Source: Trichoplax adhaerens (taxonomy: Eukaryota > Animalia > Placozoa). From it: a DNA stretch of 64,000 nt. This document shows, in pieces, positions 53,874 to 64,000 of the stretch; position 1 is the stretch's first letter, and each line of letters opens with the position of its first letter. A model generated the notes under the pieces. The model was not told the origin of the DNA. It saw only the letters and a list, made by a program, of their open reading frames with translations, and did no database searches. The translations under genes were made by a program, and so were the position numbers. The stretch is taken from NCBI RefSeq assembly GCF_000150275.1, contig NW_002060945.1:8324011-8388010 (forward strand), written 5' to 3'.

Positions 53874-56800
53874 TTAACTTTCCGATGGTCTAAATTCTGG
53901 TCTTCGTTGCTGGGGTGCTGAAATTTTAGGTAACTGTTTGCGCTTGAAGAATCCAAGCTATTTATGTAGTTCGAAAGTAATAAATTAGAACCATTTTTGA
54001 TATACGAGCACACCATAATGAAAAGATACAAATCAGTTGGAAATAGCGAACTTACGATGTATAATATAAATACTATGATTGCAAGGAAAATAAGACCACC
54101 AACAATGGATAAGACATAAATATAAGACGGAACAGGTTGTGGTGTTGTGGTAATTGAAGAAGTAATTGTAGTGGTCACCTAAATACGAATGCATATATAG
54201 AATTAAAACCAATATTGCCCATAATATTTGCTTTCATAATACAATTTAAATACTAATTTACTAACAGAAATGGTGTTACTATTTGATTGGGTAATTTGAT
54301 TCGTTACAAGAGCAAAAATAAGTTTAATGGATGACGAAGCTCTAACATTTTGAGTTCCATAGTCCTTTAAATAAATAACAAAGATTAACAAAATTATCTT
54401 TATCAATGAATTAAAATTAATCGATTTCTACAAACGGCATGAAGTGACAGGGGTTATAGTCTAATCGATGAATTACCGATGCTAAAGTCGCACTCCACAA
54501 ACGAGAAATAACGCTGATTGAAGCAGATTGTTGAGAAGCTAAATAGTCGATATCACAAGTGAAAGTATCACAAATGACGTTGCCGCATTTCTAATTTGTA
54601 AAATTCAGAGCATCTCGATTAGATACGTATTACTGTATACGCATGAATAGCAGCAGTTTAAATCCTACAAACCAAGTCTGACCCAGTATACGATGTTGTA
54701 GGTACGGGAGTATCATAATCTCTTTTTCTACGAGTTAGTCTTGAACCAAACCTAGCGCTAACATTTGTTCTTTGGGTAACCTATGTAGGTAATTTTATTA
54801 TTTAATTATACTAACGAAGCAAATAGTTGATTAATAATACTTAAGGTTACCGGAACGTTGAGAGAGTTTAGTATCCCACTTTTCACAGTACATTTGGCGT
54901 TTGACGACATCTTTAAGTAATTTAAAAAGTAGAAATTACGCAAAAGTACAGTCACGCGTAACTAGGTAGTTTAAGTTCACGAGGTACTTACATTTAGGCT
55001 AATTAAGTACAAAAGATGCTTCCCACTAGGCGCATAGGAAGGCCAGGAAATTTCGATTCTTACCGGAGGATAAACTCCAGGTCCAATATTACGCATCTTT
55101 TGGATTTAAGAAATAATTTTAGAGCATATCATACGAGGATTTTAAAGAATTAAGATCAAAACTTACATATAAGTCATGAATTACCAAACTTCCGATATCG
55201 CTATCTTGCTTTACGGCACTTTCACCATAAATTTCATTACCAAATGTAACCACGTCTGGTCTTGATATTCTATGTTTCCAAAGTTAAATAAAAATATTAA
55301 TTCATTACTTACTCTAGCAGTTATTATCGAAATATAAAACCACAAATATGCACCCTGACATAACCAAGGTGGCATTATAAGTTATATTGATATTTAAAAG
55401 AAGCTGATTATCTATCAGTGCAGACGGTTTCTCATTCCCTAGCCTGTAATTTTACATAAAGAATAATGGTCTTAATAAACGAAAACTGTAGGGATTTTAT
55501 GACAAATTCTGGACTTACGATGTTACATTTACTAGAAAGCGCAAGCGAGTAATATTTAAGGCAATTCTTCTAACATCAAAGGCCAACCGTAATTTGATCT
55601 GCTCGAAGAAATTTTTTGATATAGTTATCGATCAGTTTGCCACAAAATGACTTGTGCGATCACAGTAGAAGGGTACAAGACATCACACTCACCGCACGTT
55701 GAACCTTCGTTAACGGATTACCAACAGGACAGTCTAATAGTCTTGAATTAACATTTTGATTGCAGACTGTGTCCTACGTTAAAATAATTATATATAATAG
55801 AAGATCTAAATAGATGGCTTTCAAAATGTAACCGCATTCACAATATATTTACCGACTGCGTTTGCAAATATTCTACGCCAGCAGGCAAGTGAACATATAA
55901 TTTTGCATTAAATGCGTCATCGCCAGTATTATTAACGTTAAAATTAATATTGACCACGTTTGTTACACCAACGCTAATTGCCGGGTAATTGCTAAAATTA
56001 TGATTAAAAATTGAAGTTGATCTATAAAATTTAGCCTTCAGGAGACGATCTCAATATCAAAAGGTTTTAGCATCCTATTCTTACCCATTCCAAATTATTG
56101 ACGCATTCAGATGTAAATCTGGTATACATATTGAGGAGTTGAAGCAACTTTTTTCATAAGAGATCTAATTTGTTACAATTGTCAAAAGCAAAAATTCTAC
56201 TAAATAGGTGTTTAAATCAAATGTATGTGTGGTGCAACTTAAAATAAATTTTGCCATAAATCTGCTATAACATCCGTAATTATCTTACTATGCGACTTCC
56301 AGTTGTCGGAACATCAGCAGAAATAATAGGAAAAGCATTCACTTGGAAAAGCTCACCAGAAGGACTGTTAGTAGGTCTGGCATCTTCGCTAAGCGAGTAT
56401 CGGTAGGTTACGGATATATCAGATATAAAATTATTAATTTCGTTCTGCAAGAAAATTGGATACTTTGTTAGATTTGTTAGGACGTGTAGCTAGAAAGACA
56501 TTAATCAACCGGATCAATTAGGTTTAGATTTTTAACCTTCAGAAATAAAGTGTATTGATTGCAGCTTTGTGTGGTTAAAATCGCAACCGTTTTCTTTATT
56601 TTATTTTGCCCATTTTCAAAAAATACCCGAGACGGGATCGTATTTGCATCTGCTTCTAACTCAACGTTTAAGTCTGAACACAAGAAATAAGTTCTTTATT
56701 ATTTCAGTAAAAGCAATATGATCAACATGATACAGGTGTTAGACTTACTCCAGGAGGATTGAATACTCTTTGACCGATAGCTAAAGCATAACGTTGCATT

Positions 56801-59800
56801 AACGCTAAATATGAATAAACACATACCGTTACAATTAATGACCATGAACGAATTTACAAAATTAGTGTATTTTACAGATAATGCAACAAACCATGCATGT
56901 TTATTGCCTTGGTAAACGCAAGATTTTGATTCATTTCTCTTGATAATTTGTTGAGAAACTATAAAGGTTGTATTTATTGACAATTTTGGTCTTGCCCTGA
57001 TATTAAAATCACGGATATCAACATGAAATGTTTGAATATTAATAATATACTATAACAAAGTAATTATCGATTACAGAGAAATAAAAACCGTACCTAAATA
57101 CTAGGACTGTATCTGATTCATACGAACCAACAGCGACATCTTTATTGTAAATAAAATTAAATCATTTCATGACGTATGATATCGGACATTTTCTATCTCT
57201 ACTGCTACATGAACTAGATCAGTACAAGTACTAACCTGGATATCCGTTTTTGTCAACATCAATTTTGCCAGATACAGCTATACCAAAGCCGTTTAACTTC
57301 ATGTTGGCGAAAGAGGCAGCATCAATAGCCTTTACAATTTGGAATTGATCAATACAATGACATTTCAGTAAAAATTTCAATAAATGAACGACCGATTTCG
57401 TAACACAATGTAATATCTTACTTGAGAGAAGGACCTCTTCAAGCCAAGGTTGCCATCTCCACGATATATATATACAACACCAGTTTTATTATTTCCATCA
57501 AAAGGAGCACCAATTGCAACGTCTAAGATGTAAACAGAAAGAGTAACATTAACATCAAATTATCTATAACGGTGGAAAAATTTAAATAAAGATAATATAA
57601 TATTAGCTATACTGTATACCGTTGAAACCATCTTGATCTATATCACCAATTGATGTTACTGTCAATCCAAATGCACCATTAGTAACTCTACCAATCCTAA
57701 ATCCACGTTCTACGAATCCTCCCTTCATTAGAAATACATATCGTAATACAACATTACTATATGCGAAAAGCTATAGTTATTAAAATTTCCAATTAAAATT
57801 AATTACATGTACCTTTCCGGTATTGAAATATATATATATACGACCCTCTTCTTTAACTCTAGAATAATATGGGGATCCAATCACTAAATCATCAAATCTA
57901 GGTGATAAACATATTGCATTCATCAGGCGTCGGTAAAAGTTTATTAATAAGAAAATAATACAGACATTGAATAATCATTCTATATCAAATTTGTCACAAA
58001 GTTTTCAAATTAATCTTTTCGCTATAGCCTTAGTTTACCCGTCATTGTTCAGATCAACGGCAGCAAGTGACGTTCCATAGCGTTCTCCAATCTATATTAA
58101 TGAATACGTCAGATCAATTACTGGAGTTACGAATATAATAGAAAACTCTAATGCCAGTAAGTAATACAAGTATTGCTGAAAATATTCGAATCAATCCTAC
58201 CTGATTTCCAGATAATGTTAAGTTACTAATCAATTCTAAAGCCCCGCTATTTTGTTTGTAGAACTTAACCTAGAACGTCAGTAAGATTGTACGACTGCTA
58301 AGAACTTAATTGAATGACTAAACAAATATTGCCCGAGATATAAATTTATTGTTTATATATTGTATATACATAGATAGCTACTAAAACAAAGGTTGCTAAC
58401 CTGGCCGATAATATTAGCTCTTGGGGCACCAGCGGCAATAATTTGCTCATTTTGTGATAAAAAACGTCCCGATGTGATACTATAGCCTGTGAGATTTAAA
58501 TAACGCCTTCAGAAGATAATTCCGTAGTGAAAGATTAGACACATATCTACTTCATTACCAACGAGTGTATCATCATATTCGCTGCTGACCAAATCTGGAT
58601 TATTTTTGATAGCATTGTTATTGGTATCATATATAGCTAATTTATATGTTCCACTAGATGTTGAAGGGTTAAATTCTGTAACCTCAGCCACGGTTCCTAT
58701 ATTTCGTAATAATAATAAGGTTAAAGATTGTTATCATATATTATAGCTAGTAGAAATTGGCAGAGTGTAGGCTTGCTACCTTCAAAATTGTTGGCATTTG
58801 AAGCATATGATGCGCCAGGTGCTCCAATAATTGGAAGGTAATTCTACAATCGATCGCAACGGTAATATAGTATGGACAGTTAGCCCTGGTAACTATGGTT
58901 TTAGTATCGCTTTTACAAGATAAAATACACAGAGTAGTGGGTATGCTAATTAGCGATTAGATCGAATGTATAGCAGATAGCTATATCAGATGTACAGTAT
59001 GGAGTCATAATCAAACATTTCAGAGGTACTATGTAATTTCAAATAATAAATGCAACTTACTGTAGTGAAAGATGATGCCCATCCCAGTTGTACATTACCA
59101 CCTTTAATTGAACCTATTCCAGTATAACAAATTCAAAACATTGGTTTACATCGTGAAAATATTGACTCCAAAGCTACCCTCCGCTGCTAGTGCTGCGGAT
59201 AACAGATTCTTACTAAAATGCTATTATAAAACGTGGTAATAGATCTGTTTTGAAGTTAAACCTGAAAAGATGAAAGGATCATAGCTCTCTCTTCCATAAA
59301 ACCTCTCAAGGGTATTATTAAGAATTTTACATTTTCCTTTCAAGCGATACTGATAATTGCCATTTTCGAAAAAAATATTTTGAAATCTGGGGGCACAGAC
59401 CTACGACACAAATGTAAAAACATTTCCAGTGAACACCAAATTGACGTAGGACGTTCTCCAAACGTAATGATTGAAATTTTTACTGATCACACTAATACAG
59501 TAAAGTGCGATGCAAGCTGTGTGTGCTACTTTGATGATGTCTACTTAATGCCGCAGTTGGCTAATGCAGCAAGAAATTTACCATCTACTTACTATTGCTC
59601 GCTTCCCTGGTCCTCCTGTTGCCACAGATGCACCAAGCCATTGACCAAATTTGGGTTGACGTTCACTAGCTGCAAAATGATGTGAAAAATAACTTTGCAT
59701 ATCTTTGAAAATAATATAATAATATTATTACTTGAAAAATTGCAATGATAATTCGTTGACTAGGTAATTCAAGAGTTCAATATTCCTCCATTTCGTTTCA

Positions 59801-62300
59801 CATAACGTTCAAAAGAATGGCACATTTACGAATGGGCCATACAGTTTACTGTGTACAAACAGGGTGCGCAACAGACAAATAAAATGAATAGAAAATATCA
59901 ACATGCAAGGAAAGAAAGTAATTAAAATCTGATGATAACAAAGTACCAGTATTTACGAGTGTGCACATCAGATACTCAATACAATATACTCGGTAATGTA
60001 ATGTTCGATCGTAAAGAAAAGTTGTCAAAATTTGAATAGGGCAACTTTGACATTCAGAATATTGCTAAATCAAAGTCATGGCACTTTCTTTACCATCCTG
60101 ATACATATTATAAAGTGTACTAGGGCACTGAAATATGGTAAGAAATTCACTCAATAAAGATTTTAGATGATATCGCTACAGTGCATCGGACCTTCCGACA
60201 CTGTAAGCAGATAAAACTGAACATGCATATCACCATTCTGACGCTAGGTAAAGAATATACATCAAGGCGTGATCTAAACAGTGCTATTTAACAAACGGTT
60301 CCATTGAATTTGAAGACTGCAATATGGATTTCTGAAGAAGCAGTCGCAAATTTTTTGACAAAACATCCTATTAATATGAGTACATACAGTAGGTCATAGA
60401 CTTGTTATAACGTATATGATGAATTTCTTTCGTTTTATTAATCGGACGTGGGCATGTTTCACCGCTTAGACTGAACTATGCAAATGTACTGAGCGTAGAA
60501 GCTGAAATAAAGCACAAATAAACTATTACTAAATATAAATATGTATATCAAAAGTTTTCAAATTCTTAAATAGATATTCGAAATAGTGTAATGTGCATTA
60601 AGTTGTATATACTGAATTCACATCAAGCTACTGTATACCTAGCATTGAATAATGTACTTTCTTTCAATTATACATCTAACGTTTACGGTCTATTCATGCA
60701 CAGCGAGATCTTATGACCTCACCAACATCAGAGACTACTAAGAGAAAAAATAACATAATCCTGCAGTATTTCACGATAAATAAATTGGTTATCGGCGACA
60801 ATCTAAAGTGCTAACGGTAAAAGTGTATAAAATTCACACTATAGGGTCTCTAGTGTCTCCAATTCACACTAAATAGTAGATTACATGGGATAACCTACTT
60901 GTATAATTAATTAACATTTTACATGCGGCCGATAGGTGTCAAATGGCGGATCAAGGATGTAAAGATAGCGTAAATCATTTTTAATTGTATTATTTTATTA
61001 ATGTGATCAACGACTAGCGAAGTAATATACTTTTACGCCTTTATCTATAAGAAAAACTTATAAATTAACGAAAGACGTTACAAATTAATTATTCAGACAT
61101 ATTTACCCCCCCCCCCTTATTCTGGGTCAAACTATCATGCAATATCATGTAAGACGGATACTTTGCAATCGCCCAGTACATACATTGTATAAAGAGTTGA
61201 TTATCATTGCAAGGAGTTCAAAAATTTACTTAAAATGCTATCACAGGTTGGCAGTGTTGGATGTTTTCGATGGCGGTAAGAGATTATAAAAAGGCTGTGT
61301 GGTTACTATTGCAAACTAGAAACGATAGAAGGCAATGGGTATGATTTTATCCTTACTGATTGTCTATGTACAATACAATCAATTCATTGGGAAATCCATG
61401 ATTTAGCTTGGCAAATAAAATAAAGAAAACAAGTCTAATGGTATTGTAAAAATTAGACTGTGCAATACTGTATCCTTAACATTAGGCATTTATATACAGA
61501 AGTTAAATCGCAAGAAAGATAAATAAAAAATAGTAAAGATGAATATATGCTTATTAATCAAATATGAAATTCATTTCACTAAGAATGAATAGCGGGAGAA
61601 ATGCTGTGGTTTACAGTTGCGTGTACTGTGGTCTGTGGCTGCACTTGGTTTAAGATACAGTACAGTAGAGTGGAAATCAACTTTCTGACCGACTAATGAA
61701 ATAGGCTGCATAAGAAGCCCATTTTTAAGAACAGTAAGGCTGAGCAAGTATAGCTAATACATCCATGATTGAACTCTATATTGAATACTTACCACCAGTA
61801 GCAAAATTGTCATCGATGTCAATGCGATGACAGTCCGAAGCATTCTGGCGATTGGTTATCGGACACTTAAAGACTGCTCCACTTTGCAAGTTGTTTATTT
61901 TATATTCCGGTGCACCCACTAATACCCTTTCAATCATCGTATAAAAATAATAAAAATAGTTAGTATTGGATAGTCTATGATCTTCCTCGATCTCAATACA
62001 AGCGATAGGCGTTATTATTGGTGTTTCATTTCAGTTCAGCAAGGGAATTACAAAAAAAATGTCAAGATTTTACAGCCTTGTTTTAAAAACAAACCAAAAT
62101 GTTGAGGCATCCTGTTGGTGTAATGTAAGAGCGAAACCAAATAAAGAGCTACTTCCATCGGTATTTGATTGCTTTTTGACTATAGGTGAGGATTGCTCAA
62201 GGTTATAACTGAAGGAAACGATGGCCAAGTTAAGTAATAAATAAAGCACTAGAAATGAAATTTTGCCAAAATGGGTGCCATTTTCAACCATGGACGCCAT
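53874..62300 (-). CDS. Integrin alpha chain (no I domain), multi-exon
   Basis: Signal peptide then YNLE..SLFGFAL..VLVGAP..SGAVFKC; DQGSEQ..VCAPR; FG-GAP Ca sites DLNNDGFDDLVIGSP, DIDQDGFNDVAIGAP and DVDKNGYPDVAVGSY; N.GDDAFNA; furin-type site RLTRRKRD; TM VPSYIYVLSIVGGLIFLAIIVFILYI followed by LGFFKRK and a short tail. Confidence 0.95.
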
Positions 62301-62554
62301 GTCTTCTAGTTGTCTGTGATTTGCCGCCCGTGGTTCTAGTCTACTGCCAACCACAGAGAGAGCGAGTGACCGTATTCGATTCAGCTCACATTACACTGAA
62401 GTGTTTCATTGTTGTCGACGTGCAGTGGACTTCACTGGTGTTCTACACGGTACTGTACCGTTACGTGTTGTGGCGACGTTGACACGAGCATCGATCGACC
62501 GTAATGAGTTGAAGCTATTGCGGTGACATGCTGGTGCGGCAACGTGATCCATTC

Positions 62555-62830
62555 TACAGTACCATCATAATGCAGTACTGTACGCTGTGTACAGTACTGT
62601 ACTATACTGTACAGTACTGACTGGACACTGTTGAGTAGAGTGTACAGTACACTATTACAGTACTTGCAGCACAGTACAGTACTGTACTGTGCTGTAAACG
62701 TCCGTGCTGTGTAATACTATTTGCACCAGGTACTGCACAACAATTGTTTCTTCTATAAGTCTGCACATGTTGAAACATATGCGCTAAAACATGACTGGTA
62801 AAAGTATACTGCACTGTATTACAGTAAAAG
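62555..62830. repeat. Low-complexity TACAG/CTGTA-rich tract upstream of the integrin alpha
   Basis: e.g. gtacagtactgtactatactgtacagtactg..tacagtacactattacagtac..acagtacagtactgtactgt. Confidence 0.75.
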
Positions 62831-62874
62831 ACAGTCGACATTTAACCTCTCTGGCGAGAACTGAATCCACTAGA

Positions 62875-63357
62875 GTTTGGTTAGGACCCATCCTACTCAA
62901 TCGTTTCCAAACTTTGAAACCAAAATGGCAGCACGTTTGGTTAAGAACCATCCTATCGTAAGGTGCTCTATCGTTACCAAACTTTGAAATCAAAGTGGCA
63001 GCACGTTTGGTTAAGAACCATCCTATCGTACGGTGCTCTATCGTTACCAAACTTTGAAACCAAAATAGCAGCACGTTTGGTTAGGACCCATCCTATTACG
63101 ATGTAAGGTGCTCTATCGTTACCAAACTTGGAAACCAAAATGGCAGCATGTTTGGTTAGGAACCATCCTATCTTACGGTGCTCTATCGTTTCCAAACTTT
63201 GAAACCAAAATAGCAGCACGTTTGGTTAGGACCCATCCTATCGTAAGGTGCTCGCTCTATCGTTACCAAACTTTGAAACCAAAATAGCAGCACGTTTGGT
63301 TAGGAACCATCCTATCGTACGGTGCTCTATCGTTACCAAACTTTGAAACCAAAATGG
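62875..63357. repeat. Minisatellite, ~7 x 70 bp, highly homogeneous
   Basis: Unit ccaaactttgaaaccaaaatRgcagcacgtttggttaRgaaccatcctatcgtaMggtgctctatcgtta at 62907, 62977, 63047, 63122, 63192, 63266 and 63336. Confidence 0.96.
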
Positions 63358-64000
63358 CCCTCTACCAATGTACTGTATTATATGAACTGGTAGAAATATA
63401 CCTGAGCATATTCTACAAGTCCACTTGAGTGGACTGAGTCCAAGTCTACATCTCAAAATAGCGACTGTAGCGTGTCGATATAACTCATTATTGAATTTAT
63501 ATAAGAATAAGGAATAATGTTAATTCATAAATTGATATCTAATATAGTATTGTACTGTATAGACAGTATTCTAAACAATACTACAGTATAATGCATATGT
63601 AACACAATTTTTACTGTATCAAATCTCCAAATTATAGATTTAATTGGATTTAACCGATCAATTTGGATAGCAAAAAGGAATTGAATTAGTTAGAATACTG
63701 TGCTTCTTAGTCGCTGTCTCAATAAGAGAAAGAGGACCGGTAACGATCGTTCCCTATACTGGGTTGTCATCAAAAAATGAATCCAAAAAAATTATCCCCT
63801 CTAAATAAAAATAAAAATGATAAAACTTACTAGTTTGCTGGAAATAATAACCGCAATGTCTACGATTTCAGCGATGGAAGATGATAATAGAATGACCAGG
63901 GAAATGACAAGTCTCTTCATTTATTTCACTGAAGGGTCACTTTACAAGATAGGTGCATATGCAGCAAATGGAAACTCATCTTGTAATATAAATTCATAGA

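Noticed and set aside
62784-63456. Repetitive ORFs and CRISPR-like appearance of the 70-bp array
   Set aside because: Head-to-tail repeats with no unique spacers and no cas genes; the unit is not a multiple of 3; eukaryotic context
1-64000. tRNA/rRNA genes and autonomous transposase or reverse-transcriptase ORFs
   Set aside because: None recognised by eye; tRNAscan-SE, Infernal and RepeatMasker would be needed to exclude them formally

Overview
AT-rich, intron-dense, compact animal genomic DNA. The style (tiny introns, orphan GABA-B-like receptor, gene set) suggests a placozoan such as Trichoplax; this is inference only. All gene models were built by hand from GT/GC-AG boundaries and phase compatibility. 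In order: the 5' exons of a GABA-B-like class C GPCR (-); a 371-aa ORF with two tandem, apparently catalytically dead Crypton/DUF3504-like domains and an NLS (-), head-to-head with a ~37-exon ERCC3/XPB (+); two tandem WASP paralogs (-) flanking a CARD + HERC2-type RCC1-propeller fusion gene (-); an ~892-aa gene (+) combining EVH1, a Cordon-bleu-type ubiquitin-like domain and three KRAP-like motifs; and an I-domain-less integrin alpha (-). Non-coding DNA has many 60-430 bp tandem duplications and many TACAGTA/TACTGTA heptamers. Two of these heptamers are 5-bp insertions at TA sites relative to sister repeat copies, matching Tc1/mariner excision footprints. Best novelty candidates: the EVH1-Cobl-KRAP protein within a WASP/WASP/integrin actin cluster, the CARD-RCC1 protein, the tandem-DUF3504 protein and the footprint signal.
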